The notes: generated from the letters alone by a model not told the origin. DNA of 64,000 nucleotides from an uncultured Candidatus Binatia bacterium (GCA_965218425.1 OZ244621.1:3616001-3680000); one strand, 5' to 3'. Positions 20,301 through 30,651 are shown, numbered from the stretch's first letter. Numbers and translations: made by a program.

Positions 20301-21340
20301 GCGAGAAGACCAAGATCCACATTCTAGACAGTACGTTAAGGGATGGAAGCCATGCTCTAGCCCATCAGTTTACGGCAGAGCAGGTGATTCAGGTGGTTAA
20401 AGGGCTGGACGAGGCCGGTCTCGAGATCATTGAGGTCTCTCATGGAGACGGGCTTGGGGGATCGACGGTGACCTATGGCTTCTCGAAGCAATCTGAGATG
20501 GAACTGCTGAAGGCGGCTTCTTCCGTGATCAAGAGGGCCAAGCTAGCTGTGTTGCTTCTCCCCGGTATCGGAACCAAGGAAGACCTGAAAATGGCGGCGG
20601 ATTTCGGAGCGAAGGTGGCGCAGATCGCTACCCATGTAACGGAAGCCGATATCGCCGAGCAGCATATCGGGCTTGCCAAGAAGATGGGCATGAAGGTGAT
20701 CTCCATGCTCATGATGTCCCACATGGGATCCCCCGAAAAGATCGCCGAACAGGGAAAACTCGCGGAGAGTTACGGCGCCGACGTGGTTCTAGTCACGGAT
20801 TCCGCCGGCGCTCTTATGCCCCACACTGCTAGGGAACGAATTGGTGCCTTGAGGTCAGCGGTGAAAATCGACATCGGGTTCCACGGTCACAACAACCTGT
20901 CCCTTGCGGTGGCCAACACGATTGCGGCCATCGAAGAAGGGGCTCGTTGGCTCGATGCATGCACCTGTGGTCTCGGAGCCGGTTCCGGCAACACTCCGAC
21001 GGAAGTCATTTCAGCGGTGTTGGATAAACTGGGCTATGATGCGGGTATCGACCTGTGGAAAATCATGGACGTGGCGGAAGAGATCGTGCGCCCGATCATG
21101 CTGAAGCCGGTGCGCATCGGCAAGGTGAGCCTCACCATGGGATACGCGGGGGTCTATTCGAGCTATTTGCTTCATGCGGATCGGGCTGCGGAAAAGTTCG
21201 GTGTTGACGCCAGGGATATCCTAGTTGAGATCGGCAAGCGCAAGCTGGTGGGCGGACAGGAGGACCAGATTGTTGAAGTGGCCATGGCGCTGGCAGAAAA
21301 AAAGAAGGATGGCATAGGGAGTAAAAACTTGCAGGCTTGA
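20297..21340 (+). CDS. dmpG: 4-hydroxy-2-oxovalerate aldolase
   Basis: [34 protein letters not shown] and GYAGVYSS motifs; ATGA overlap with mhpF. Confidence 0.95.
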   Translation: MSEKTKIHILDSTLRDGSHALAHQFTAEQVIQVVKGLDEAGLEIIEVSHGDGLGGSTVTYGFSKQSEMELLKAASSVIKRAKLAVLLLPGIGTKEDLKMAADFGAKVAQIATHVTEADIAEQHIGLAKKMGMKVISMLMMSHMGSPEKIAEQGKLAESYGADVVLVTDSAGALMPHTARERIGALRSAVKIDIGFHGHNNLSLAVANTIAAIEEGARWLDACTCGLGAGSGNTPTEVISAVLDKLGYDAGIDLWKIMDVAEEIVRPIMLKPVRIGKVSLTMGYAGVYSSYLLHADRAAEKFGVDARDILVEIGKRKLVGGQEDQIVEVAMALAEKKKDGIGSKNLQA

Positions 21341-21451
21341 ACTTAAAACAGAAGGCAGCAAGACGATAAGCGCAGCGCGCAAAGCGTGAAATGCCAGCAA
21401 TCGTAGACCTATATGGATAGACGCATAGAAAGAAAACCCTGTAAGAATATT

Positions 21452-21650
21452 ACCGCGGAGGCACAGGGGGCGCAAAGAAATAAATTGTTGTTTGTCGGGA
21501 GACACCGACAAATGAAATCATTGCCCCAAATGGAGCTTTGAGTTTTTGCCCAATCGTCGTCTCCCAATCGGGCAAAATGGATTGCCTCTGCCTCTGTGCG
21601 GTGCAGTATCCGAGTTTTTATCTGCGAGAATCGGCGATAATCTGCGGTTA
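21452..21650. repeat. Structured intergenic palindromic element (two hairpins inside an imperfect outer inverted repeat)
   Basis: TTTGTCGG-GAGACA-CCGACAAA (21491-21512) and TTTTGCCC...GGGCAAAA (21544-21577), flanked by ACCGC..GAGGCA / TGCCTC..GCGGT and followed by ATCTGCG-type units. Confidence 0.65.
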
Positions 21651-21703
21651 AGTTTTCGGAGAGAGATTCTTCTCCCAAACTCGCCCAGCCTGAGAGTTTT
21701 CAT

Positions 21704-23143
21704 CTAAGTTTTAGTTTGTTCCAATGAGACTTCTTCTATGGGTGGCTCTTGCGGTTTCTTTCCCCGTATCAGTGATGTGACCAGGGCGACGGAAATCATT
21801 ACCAGCGCGACCGTAAAGGTGTTGTTCAAGGAAGAGACAAAAGCCTGGGGGTCGTCGGTGGTGGTGGCGCCACTGTGACCGCTATAATACTGGTAAAATA
21901 GGGTCATGATGAAGGTGGAAAAGGATATTCCAGTCATATGACCAAGGTTAAAACTCACCTGGATGCTTCCATTGGCAAAGCCCCGATACACCTTGGGTAC
22001 AGAACCCATGATCGCGCCATGATTAGGAGCATTGAACAGGCCGTTCCCGAGTCCTGCGAAAGCCAGCATTAAAGCCGGCAATGCCCAGTGAGAGTCGGGC
22101 CTGAGCATGATTCCAACGAATATAGAAGCAAACATCATTAGCAGGCCGGCGGTGGCCGGAATCTGCGGCCCGATACGGTCCGCCACATGGCCGCTGATGG
22201 GCGCCAGAGTTACGGTGAAAATGGGCGCGGACATAAAGAGGATTCCCATGAATGTGGGTGACAGATGCAAGACCTCCTGCAAGTAAAAGGGCACGAGGAA
22301 ACCCTGCATAGCATGGGTGAAGGACACGATCAGCAAGGTAACACAGCTAAAAGTAAACAGGCGGATCTTAAATAGTTGGAGATTGACAATGGGACTTGAG
22401 GTTTTTAACTCCCTGACCAGAAACGCCAGGAAAAAAATCGGGAAGCCAACGTACGCCAGCACTGAAAATTCTGTCCCTAGGGCTTCCCGAACACGGGGGT
22501 TCAGCAAGAGAACCAGAGAAGTGGAGGTGGCTACCAGTAGGGCCGACCCGAGATAATCGATGGGCTGTCTTTTACTGGGTTGAATGGATCGGGTTCGATT
22601 AATATAAGCTAGGATTCCCCCTAAAGTGGCGAGAGGTACCAGAAAAAAGAAAATCACCCGCCAGTGGATGTAGTCAATGATGAGCCCCCCAATGGTGGGA
22701 CCAAGGAGGAATCCCGTGTGAAACGCAGTGGTCATGAGACCCTGCACCTTGCTCCCTTGATCATCAGGAACGGCCTCTGCAGCGAGGGCACGTCCTACGG
22801 ATTGGGTCATGGCGGCCCCCATTCCCTGGAGCATCCGGAAAAGAACCAACTGTACAACGTTTTGGGATAATCCACACAAAAGGGAGCTGACGGCAAAGAG
22901 GGCAAACCCTAAGGAATAAAGTTTCCCCCTTCCAAACATGTCACCGATTCTGCCGAAAATGAGCACGAAACCTAGGTTTGAAAGGCTAAACGAGATGAGT
23001 GCCCAGGAAACCCCGGCAATATCGGTATCCAGGGCACTGGCTACCGTAGGAAGCGAGATACCAAAGATCCGGGATGACGTGCCGGCAATAAAGTTTCCCA
23101 GCATCGTGTTGCATAAAAGTAAATAGTTGATACGCGGATCCAC
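21704..23143 (-). CDS. MFS transporter, DHA2 (EmrB/QacA-like, ~14 TM)
   Basis: FGRIGDMFGR motif A, FRMLQGMG, LLGPTIGG and many TM helices. Confidence 0.9.
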   Translation of the reverse strand: MDPRINYLLLCNTMLGNFIAGTSSRIFGISLPTVASALDTDIAGVSWALISFSLSNLGFVLIFGRIGDMFGRGKLYSLGFALFAVSSLLCGLSQNVVQLVLFRMLQGMGAAMTQSVGRALAAEAVPDDQGSKVQGLMTTAFHTGFLLGPTIGGLIIDYIHWRVIFFFLVPLATLGGILAYINRTRSIQPSKRQPIDYLGSALLVATSTSLVLLLNPRVREALGTEFSVLAYVGFPIFFLAFLVRELKTSSPIVNLQLFKIRLFTFSCVTLLIVSFTHAMQGFLVPFYLQEVLHLSPTFMGILFMSAPIFTVTLAPISGHVADRIGPQIPATAGLLMMFASIFVGIMLRPDSHWALPALMLAFAGLGNGLFNAPNHGAIMGSVPKVYRGFANGSIQVSFNLGHMTGISFSTFIMTLFYQYYSGHSGATTTDDPQAFVSSLNNTFTVALVMISVALVTSLIRGKKPQEPPIEEVSLEQTKT

Positions 23144-23166
23144 GCAATGGATTCCTTTCTCGCGCC

Positions 23167-23196
23167 ACCATACCGGACGAGTGTCGCAAGCGTCAA
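23167..23196 (-). promoter_or_regulatory. Putative sigma70 promoter of MFS gene 21704..23143
   Basis: TTGACG-N18-TATGGT on the minus strand; a near-identical copy lies at 26032-26061. Confidence 0.6.
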
Positions 23197-23309
23197 CAAA
23201 GAGTGTTATGAGAGATGGTGGTAGGCGGCTGGACGGAGTGTTGTGACGGTAACACTCTCCACCGAAAAACGTTAAATGCTGAGAGCAATGTCATGATGGA
23301 CGCCCCTGG

Positions 23310-24500
23310 ATGAAATCACACAATCCCGCCATCAGTCTTCTTGTGTTCTACGGTACCACATTTCTTTGGAACCTTACCAACGGCATGATGATGATACTGG
23401 TGCCCCTTTATGCCTTGTCACTGAACTTTTCGGTTCTAAAGATAGGGAGTGTTATCGCACTTCCCGTTCTGGCGATGTTGGGGGTTCGGTTCGTTGGGGG
23501 GGCCCTATGTGATCGTTTTGGTGAGCGTTTGATATTGCAGGTTTGTTACTGGCTGTCTGTGTTGTCGGTCGTATTTTTGCTTCAGGCCAAAGGTTTTGCT
23601 TCATTGTTTCTTTGCCAGGTGGTTGCCAATTGCTCCCGGAGTTTTTTCTGGACAGCCGCTCAATCGTTGGTCACTCAGCTCCCTGGTTCCACCGTCGGGA
23701 GAAGACTGGGGCACCTTTCCGCTTGGAACCATGGGGGCAATCTCTTGGGCATTAGCGTTGGGGGGGCATTGGCAGCTTTGCTGGGCTATTACGGATCGTT
23801 TCTCGTGTTGACGGGTGTATCCGTGGCCTGTGTGCTCCTCGCACTGCTTCTCCCCCATGTGGAAAGGAAACCCACCGGAAGGACCGTATGGCAGATCACA
23901 GCTGGCATTGGACCTTTTCTTCGGTATCCCAAGGTTTGGCTCGGCATCTTTGCATCCTTCGGTGCAGCCCTGCCGTCCACACTGACCCAATCTCTCTTTC
24001 CGGTCTATTTGTCCCAACTCGACTATGGTGAGCAGTGGATCGGTCTCACGGTATCAGGGCGCGCTTTGGGGACCATAGGGATAGTTCTGATACTGGGCCC
24101 ATTGATCACGGCGTCCAGGCTCATGGGATTCTTTGCCCTTGGAATGGCTGGCCTAGGCATCTTCATAACCGGTAGCGGTCTGTTCCGGGAGCTTTACTTG
24201 CTTGGTCCCTGTATTATTGCGGTGGGTACCGCCGGCGGAGTGTTGGATCTCTGGTATCAGGTACAGGCCACCGAGTTGAGCGAGGCGAGGGACCGATCGG
24301 TAGCCATGGCCACCACTTCACTGGGATGGCCTCTATCCCTCATCATAGCGCCCTTGCTGCTTGGCTGGCTTGCAGATACAAAGGGGTTCTCATTTACCTT
24401 CGTGGTTACCGGTACGTTTTTTATTTTGGTTGCCGGGGTAAGCTACTTATGGAGCTGGAAGGCTCGCCAGCAGGCGGCGTTAAAACCGGACCTTGGATAA
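23310..24500 (+). CDS. MFS transporter (~12 TM)
   Basis: GGALCDRFGER motif A; hydrophobic 396-aa protein. Confidence 0.85.
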   Translation: MKSHNPAISLLVFYGTTFLWNLTNGMMMILVPLYALSLNFSVLKIGSVIALPVLAMLGVRFVGGALCDRFGERLILQVCYWLSVLSVVFLLQAKGFASLFLCQVVANCSRSFFWTAAQSLVTQLPGSTVGRRLGHLSAWNHGGNLLGISVGGALAALLGYYGSFLVLTGVSVACVLLALLLPHVERKPTGRTVWQITAGIGPFLRYPKVWLGIFASFGAALPSTLTQSLFPVYLSQLDYGEQWIGLTVSGRALGTIGIVLILGPLITASRLMGFFALGMAGLGIFITGSGLFRELYLLGPCIIAVGTAGGVLDLWYQVQATELSEARDRSVAMATTSLGWPLSLIIAPLLLGWLADTKGFSFTFVVTGTFFILVAGVSYLWSWKARQQAALKPDLG

Positions 24501-24581
24501 AAATCTCCACCCGGGACGAAACCCTTTTTGATCTCTCATCTGACCTTTCGGTCTCATTTGTCTCATAAATAAGTTTTTTTG

Positions 24582-26009
24582 CTACGTTTTGACTGTTTCT
24601 ACAGCTTCTTCACTGGGTTGTTTTCCTCTTAAAAGGGAAGTGATCAGGGCCGTGGAGGTAATAAGGAATCCCACCAAAAAGGTGGTGTTCAAGGAGGAGA
24701 CGAAGGCCACTGGATCATCAGCGGTCACTCTTACGGTTTTTTGTCCCGTCTGCACCTGATAGGTGAGTGTCATCAGTAGAGTGGTAAAAGAGATGCCGAG
24801 GATATGGGATAGGTTAAAGGATACATTGATGGCGCCATTGGCGAAGCCGCGGTACTGGCTTGGCACAGAACCTATGATGGCGCCGTGATTGGGGGCATTA
24901 AAGATGCCGGAGCTCAAACCCGTAAAAGCCAACATTGCGGCGGGTACAATCCAATGGGAGCTGGGGGTCAAAAGGACACCGATGAAGACCGATACCATCA
25001 TCATAACGACACCCACAGTGGCCGGTATCCTTGGGCCGATGCGATCGGCCAAATGGCCGCTAAACGGAGCCAAGGAGACGGTAAAGATGGGGGCTGACAA
25101 AAACAACAGACCCATAAAAGTAGGGGAGAGGAAAAGAACCTCCTGGAGGTAGAAGGGTAGGAGAAGACCTGCCATGGAGTGGGTGAATGAAACAATCAAA
25201 AGTGTAATGGAGCTAAAGGTGAACATGCGGTTTTTGAAAAGCGCGAGATTGACAATGGGACTTGGGAACCTGTGTTCCCTCATGAGAAATGCATACAGTA
25301 GGAGTGGAAACGCAAAGTAGATGGGAATGGTAAATTCGGAAGGCAACGCCAACCGAATCCGCTGGTCGAGCACGAGGATCAAAGAAACGGTGAGTGCAAT
25401 TAATAGAAAAGCGCCGAGATAATCAATCGGTTGTTTTTTTGCCGGCTGTGAAAAGGTCTTCATCTGCCATAAGGCAAGTGCGGAGCCCACCATGGCTACG
25501 GGAACGAGGACAAAGAAAACGGCCCGCCAATGGATATAGTCAATAATCAATCCTCCGATGGTGGGACCTAGCAGGAATCCTGAATGAAAGGCCGTGGTCA
25601 TGAGACCCTGAACCTTGCTCTGTTGGTTTGCAGGCATGGCCTCGGCAGCCAGAGCCCTGGATACCGATTGGGTCATGGCCGCCCCGATCCCCTGTAAGGT
25701 TCTGAACAGGATCAACTGAACGATGTTTTGAGATAACCCGCAGAAGAGCGAGCCCAGGGCAAAGATCGCAAATCCAATCCCGTACAATCTGCCTCTGCCG
25801 TAAATGTCCCCCAATCGTCCAAACACCAGGGCTAAACCCAGACTGGTGAGGCTGAAGGAAATGAGAGCCCAGGACACACCGGCCAGATCCGTGTCTAAAG
25901 CACTGGCTACGGTGGGAAGGGAGATGGAAAAAATCCGTGATGCCAGCCCGGACATGAAGTTTCCAAGCATGGTATTACAGAGGAGCAGATAATTGGTGCG
26001 TGAATTCAA
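24582..26009 (-). CDS. MFS transporter, DHA2 family; paralog of 21704..23143 (probable TTG start at 26009)
   Basis: Shares NYLLLCNTMLGNF, KVQGLMTTAFH, FLLGPTIGGLIIDYIHWR and FNAPNHGAI with the paralog. The ORF-track ATG at 26036 falls inside the predicted -10 box. Confidence 0.88.
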   Translation of the reverse strand: MNSRTNYLLLCNTMLGNFMSGLASRIFSISLPTVASALDTDLAGVSWALISFSLTSLGLALVFGRLGDIYGRGRLYGIGFAIFALGSLFCGLSQNIVQLILFRTLQGIGAAMTQSVSRALAAEAMPANQQSKVQGLMTTAFHSGFLLGPTIGGLIIDYIHWRAVFFVLVPVAMVGSALALWQMKTFSQPAKKQPIDYLGAFLLIALTVSLILVLDQRIRLALPSEFTIPIYFAFPLLLYAFLMREHRFPSPIVNLALFKNRMFTFSSITLLIVSFTHSMAGLLLPFYLQEVLFLSPTFMGLLFLSAPIFTVSLAPFSGHLADRIGPRIPATVGVVMMMVSVFIGVLLTPSSHWIVPAAMLAFTGLSSGIFNAPNHGAIIGSVPSQYRGFANGAINVSFNLSHILGISFTTLLMTLTYQVQTGQKTVRVTADDPVAFVSSLNTTFLVGFLITSTALITSLLRGKQPSEEAVETVKT

Positions 26010-26031
26010 AGAAGGAAAACCTTTCTTCGCC

Positions 26032-26061
26032 ACCATACCGGACGCGCGTCGCAGGCGTCAA
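26032..26061 (-). promoter_or_regulatory. Putative sigma70 promoter of the second DHA2 MFS gene
   Basis: TTGACG-N18-TATGGT, duplicated with 23167-23196. Confidence 0.6.
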
Positions 26062-26422
26062 CTTAGGTTTGTCGAGGAGTTATGTGAACCTTCTTGAATC
26101 CTATACTCAGGTTATGGAATGCGCCGTCTTGTTCATGGCAAAAGAGGTCCCTGGCCGTATGGGGTTTCGCTGTTGTTGAAACCACCGATCTAAGACCACG
26201 CAGTGATTGGCTCGTATATTTGAGGAAGTGAAAAATAACCCGACTTTGAAATAGCAAAACCGCCAGCTCAGGGAATTGCGTTTCATGCCTGTCGTATAAG
26301 CGTGTATAAGGCTTATAGGGTTGACAATACCTACCTTTTACCGATATATGACTGCCTTCTACTCCCGGTAAGATCCACTTTCCGGGAGTCTATAAGTCTA
26401 CGATAACGGAGGAGAATATTTT

Positions 26423-27394
26423 ATGGACCATGGAAAAATTCGCATGCTGTGCAGTGACATCTCTCACATGTCTCTGCATTTCGTGTTTCGTGACTCGGGG
26501 GTCTCACAAAAGCACGGCTTTGAGCTGGAAGTTGACATTGCCAAGTTTAGCCTGGGAGGAAGGCCCGTTAGGGAGATGAAGGACCGGGCCCCTTGTCTCC
26601 TGGCAGGGGACTATGAGTTCTTGAGCGGGCTGCATCATGAAACCTACATTTACCGTGCAAAAGGGGACAAGCGGTTCCTCTACCTTGCCCAGACGCAAAA
26701 TGACTGGGACGACCGGCTCATTGCTCGGAAGGAGATCCACGACGCCAAGCAACTGGAGGGAAAAAAGATTTGGACCAACCGGGCCCCCTGTGTGGGTGGC
26801 AACCTTGATCACGCGCTGGCTCTGGCCGGCCTGGATACCTCACAGGTGGAATTTATCTATGGAACGGAAGATAGGGGACACGAAGCGGTGGAGAAGGTGG
26901 CTCGCGGGGAGTTGGACGCGGCCAATGTGGACATCCCCTTTGATCTTCAAGGTAAGAAAAGAGGGCTGAACGCTATTCAGCTTCCCGCCGTACCTGTCAT
27001 TCATAACACCACCATCTGTGCCAGTACGGAATTTGTCTGGAAGAATGAAGAGAAGGTTAGGGCCTTCTTAAGGGCTCTCATTGAAACCATTCACTATTTC
27101 AAAACAGAGAAGCAAAAGGTTTGCGAGATCCTGAGCCGTGAGCTAGCTCCCCTGATTAACCTGGAAGGGGACGACGAGGTGGAGTATCTGCACCAGCAGT
27201 GGAGCGAGCTGCTCAGTGCCAAGCCCTATCCGCACCCGGTGGCGGTTTGGAATGTGTATAACCTGGATGTGGCCCATGATCCCAAGGTGAATTTTATCAG
27301 CCCGCTGGAAATCTGGGACACCCATTACCTGAGGGAAATCGATGATAGTGGCTTCATCGATTCGCTATATAACGGGGGCTCGCATAAGGCATAA
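26423..27394 (+). CDS. NMT1/THI5/SsuA-like type 2 periplasmic-binding-fold protein, no signal peptide
   Basis: KHGFELEV, QLEGKKI, AVEKVARGELDAA, KVRAFLRALIE and LREIDDSGFIDSLY motifs; GGAGGAG RBS. Confidence 0.75.
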   Translation: MDHGKIRMLCSDISHMSLHFVFRDSGVSQKHGFELEVDIAKFSLGGRPVREMKDRAPCLLAGDYEFLSGLHHETYIYRAKGDKRFLYLAQTQNDWDDRLIARKEIHDAKQLEGKKIWTNRAPCVGGNLDHALALAGLDTSQVEFIYGTEDRGHEAVEKVARGELDAANVDIPFDLQGKKRGLNAIQLPAVPVIHNTTICASTEFVWKNEEKVRAFLRALIETIHYFKTEKQKVCEILSRELAPLINLEGDDEVEYLHQQWSELLSAKPYPHPVAVWNVYNLDVAHDPKVNFISPLEIWDTHYLREIDDSGFIDSLYNGGSHKA

Positions 27395-27457
27395 ATTGGG
27401 GGGGCAGGTTTGATTCGAAGCCTAAGGATATTTTCATTAAGTAAGGAGGGCACTGCA

Positions 27458-29014
27458 ATGGCCCGATATATATTCATAGCCTTGACGTGGGCATTGTTAA
27501 TAAACCTTTCATTCCCAGTGGATCGTGCCTTGGGTGAACCGAAACGGGGTGGCACTCTGACCATGGCCATCCGCAAGGACCTGACTATGATGAACCCATT
27601 GGTCAGGACCATGTCCACCGACCAGTCCATTCGCGAGCTGATCTATGAGTCTCTATTGACACTTGACGAAAAGGGAGACCTTAAACCGAAACTGGCTGAA
27701 ACGTGGAAAATTTCTAAAGATGGGAAGACCTATACCTTTCAACTTCGCAAAGGGGTGAAATACCACAACGGTCAGGAGATGACGGCGCGGGATGCAAAGT
27801 TTGCCATCGACTACACTTTGAATCCCGGGAACGGGGCCTATGGTCGTTCGAGACTCACCCTGGTTAAGGGAGTTGAGGCCTCTGACAAGTACACGCTAAA
27901 GGTAACGCTGAAAGACCCTAGCACGGCGTTTCTGTCCGTGCTCACGGATATTCAAGCTTTTTCCTTGATTCCCAGTGAATCCCTGAAGGAAGGAGTGGCC
28001 AAGCCCGATTCCTATCCTCCGGGAACCGGCCCGTTCAAGTTTGCGGGTTGGAAGCCAAGACAGCAGATCGTCTTTGAGCGAAACGAAAACTACTGGGGAC
28101 AAGAGCCCTATTTGGAGAAGGTGGTTCTTCGGCCCATCAGAAATGGAACGGTGAGGTTCACCGCGTTGCGGTCAGGTGATGTGGATGTCGTTGAGCGAAC
28201 CCCCTACGAATGGGTACAGCAGGTGGTGAGCGGCAAGATCAAAGAGATCGGCATTGCAGAGGCGTCCACCGCGGCCTATCGGCAGATCGTGTTCAATGTT
28301 GCGGATCCGCCCTTCGATAACAAGAAGCTCCGTCTTGCGGTGATCCACGCCCTTAACAAGAAGGAAATTCTTCAAGCGGCATACTATGGGTTTGGAGATC
28401 CGGCGGACCAAAAATACCCCAAGGGGCACGTCTGGTACGTTGATGGAGTTCCCTCGCCGCAGTACGATCTCGCCAAGGCCAAGAGACTTCTGAAGGAATC
28501 CGGGTATAAAGGCGAGCTCATCGAGGCAACCCTTCCGCAGGGAGCGACGGTTGAAACCGCCATGACCACCATCCAGGCCCAACTCAAGAAGGTTGGGGTG
28601 AACATCAAACTCAATGTGGTGGATTATGGGGCTCATCGAGACCGCGTTCGAAGGGGCGAAATGACCTTTGATTTTATGGGCAGCGATTTTTATGCAGATC
28701 CGACCATTACCTATCGTACGGAGACCGCGTGTGAACCCAACCTGAAAAAACGAACCTCCAACTGGTCGGGGTATTGCAATAAGAAGATGGATGCCCAGCT
28801 TGAAAAAATGGAAATTGAGCGAGACCCTGCAAAACGCAAAGCCATTCTCAAAATGGTGATCACCAAAAAGAACCAAGATGTTCCCATCGTGCCGGTGGGA
28901 TTCGTGCCTCGGTTTTATACCTTCCGTAAACACGTGAAGGGATTTAAAACTGACGATGACGGCGCGTTTGTTTGGTCAGGAGGCGGATTGACACATACCT
29001 GGATCGAAAAATAG
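27458..29014 (+). CDS. ABC transporter substrate-binding protein, family 5 (peptide/nickel)
   Basis: Signal peptide, PKRGGTL, LAETWKISKDGKTYTFQLRKGVKYHNG and GTGPFK motifs; AAGGAGG RBS before ATG 27458. Confidence 0.92.
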   Translation: MARYIFIALTWALLINLSFPVDRALGEPKRGGTLTMAIRKDLTMMNPLVRTMSTDQSIRELIYESLLTLDEKGDLKPKLAETWKISKDGKTYTFQLRKGVKYHNGQEMTARDAKFAIDYTLNPGNGAYGRSRLTLVKGVEASDKYTLKVTLKDPSTAFLSVLTDIQAFSLIPSESLKEGVAKPDSYPPGTGPFKFAGWKPRQQIVFERNENYWGQEPYLEKVVLRPIRNGTVRFTALRSGDVDVVERTPYEWVQQVVSGKIKEIGIAEASTAAYRQIVFNVADPPFDNKKLRLAVIHALNKKEILQAAYYGFGDPADQKYPKGHVWYVDGVPSPQYDLAKAKRLLKESGYKGELIEATLPQGATVETAMTTIQAQLKKVGVNIKLNVVDYGAHRDRVRRGEMTFDFMGSDFYADPTITYRTETACEPNLKKRTSNWSGYCNKKMDAQLEKMEIERDPAKRKAILKMVITKKNQDVPIVPVGFVPRFYTFRKHVKGFKTDDDGAFVWSGGGLTHTWIEK

Positions 29015-29094
29015 ATAAATCGGACGATAGGTTCGAACAAAAAGGCAAGGATCAAGTTAGACACCGGAAAAATGTTAAGGAAGGAGGCTAGATA

Positions 29095-30651
29095 ATGAAA
29101 CGTATTGTAAAACTAGCTTTGACTCCCGTTTTACTGGTTGGCTTGTTCTTGCCTGCCAAAGCTGCCTCAGATACCCCAAAGCGAGGCGGTACCCTGACCA
29201 TGGCCATCAGGAAGGACTTGAGGGTGCTAAATCCCCTCGTACGAACCAGCTCAACTGATCAATCCATCCGGGAATTGATGTTCGAATCGCTCCTCATCCT
29301 CGATGAAAAAGGGCGAATCAAGGGGAACCTGGCCGAGACTTGGAAGATTTCACCGGACGGGAAGACCTATACCTTCAAGGTGCGCGAAGGGGTCAAATTC
29401 CACAATGGCCAGGAGATGACGGCAGAGGACCTCAAGTTCGCCATCGACTACACCGTTAATCCAAAGAACAGCGCCTATGGTATCAGGCTATTGCGTTCCG
29501 TTGAGGAAGCTGAAACCTCAGGAAAATATACCCTGAAAATTCACCTCAAGAAGCCAAACCCGGCGTTTCTTTCCTTTCTAATCAACATAAAAGCCTTCTC
29601 CGCCATACCTAAAGAGTCCATACCCGAGGGAGTGAGAAAGATACGGAACTTTCCACCCGGCACAGGCCCCTTCAAGTTTGCGCAATGGCAGCCCAAACAA
29701 AGGATCGTTTTGGAGCGGTTTGACGATTACTGGGGTCATAAACCTTACGTGGACAAGGTGGTTCTTAGGCCCATCAAAAACGCTACAGTACGCTTTACTG
29801 CGTTACGGGCCGGTGACGTGGATATTGTTGAGCGCACATCCTACGAATGGGTGAACCAAGTTCAAAAGGGACGCTTCAAGGGGCTCGGGATAGCCAAGGC
29901 CAAATATGCGAACTTGAGAGGCATTACTTTCAATGTGGCCAATCCGCCTTTTAACAACAAGGTCCTCCGCCGTGCCGTAGCGCACGCCGTCAATAAAAAG
30001 GAAATCCTTAACGCCGCCTACTTTGGTTTTGGCGAACCGGACAATCAGAGGTATCCCAAAGGTCACGCCTGGCATTTTGAAGGCTTGCCCTGGCCTGATT
30101 ACGATCTCAATAAGGCCAAGGCGCTGCTCAAGGAGGCGGGGTATAAAGGTGAAGCCCTCGAATTGACCACTGCCCCAGGAGAGGTTCAGGAGACCATGGC
30201 GGCGGTATTGCAAGCTCAGCTCAAAAGGATCGGGGTTCCAGTGCGTTTGGCAATCATGGATATCTCGGCCTATAACGAGCGTGAAAGAAAAGGTCAATTT
30301 CATTTTCGTTTTCGTGGTGGAGACTTTTTTCCCGATCCATGGACCACCTACGCCCGCCATTACGTGTGTGAGGCTGATCTAAAAAGGCGCATTACCAACG
30401 TCTCCGGTTATTGTGATCCTCAAATGGAGCAATGGTTGAAGGCCGCGGAGTCGGAGCCAGACGTAGATAAGAGAAGAGAGCTGTTTCGGAAGATTATGAC
30501 CAAAGCGGCTGATGATGTGCCGCAGATTTACATCGGTTTTATTCCTCGCTTTTTTGTCTATCGTGAACACGTCAAGGGGTTTACCACCGGCCCTGACGGC
30601 CGTTTTGTGTGGTCCGGAGGTGGACTCACCCACACGTGGGTGGAGAAATAG
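29095..30651 (+). CDS. ABC transporter substrate-binding protein, family 5 (tandem paralog)
   Basis: Same motifs as the preceding gene; signal peptide present. Confidence 0.92.
   Translation: MKRIVKLALTPVLLVGLFLPAKAASDTPKRGGTLTMAIRKDLRVLNPLVRTSSTDQSIRELMFESLLILDEKGRIKGNLAETWKISPDGKTYTFKVREGVKFHNGQEMTAEDLKFAIDYTVNPKNSAYGIRLLRSVEEAETSGKYTLKIHLKKPNPAFLSFLINIKAFSAIPKESIPEGVRKIRNFPPGTGPFKFAQWQPKQRIVLERFDDYWGHKPYVDKVVLRPIKNATVRFTALRAGDVDIVERTSYEWVNQVQKGRFKGLGIAKAKYANLRGITFNVANPPFNNKVLRRAVAHAVNKKEILNAAYFGFGEPDNQRYPKGHAWHFEGLPWPDYDLNKAKALLKEAGYKGEALELTTAPGEVQETMAAVLQAQLKRIGVPVRLAIMDISAYNERERKGQFHFRFRGGDFFPDPWTTYARHYVCEADLKRRITNVSGYCDPQMEQWLKAAESEPDVDKRRELFRKIMTKAADDVPQIYIGFIPRFFVYREHVKGFTTGPDGRFVWSGGGLTHTWVEK

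Noticed and set aside
21221..21703. Several short minus-strand ORFs
   Set aside because: They translate palindromic repeat DNA (LRPLCLRG, LCAPCASAV) and lack RBS or family features.
26293..26390. TATAAG repeats, TTGACA and an ACTCCCGG/CCGGGAGT hairpin upstream of 26423
   Set aside because: Probably promoter and leader, but there is no clear -10 at the right spacing and no recognisable RNA family.
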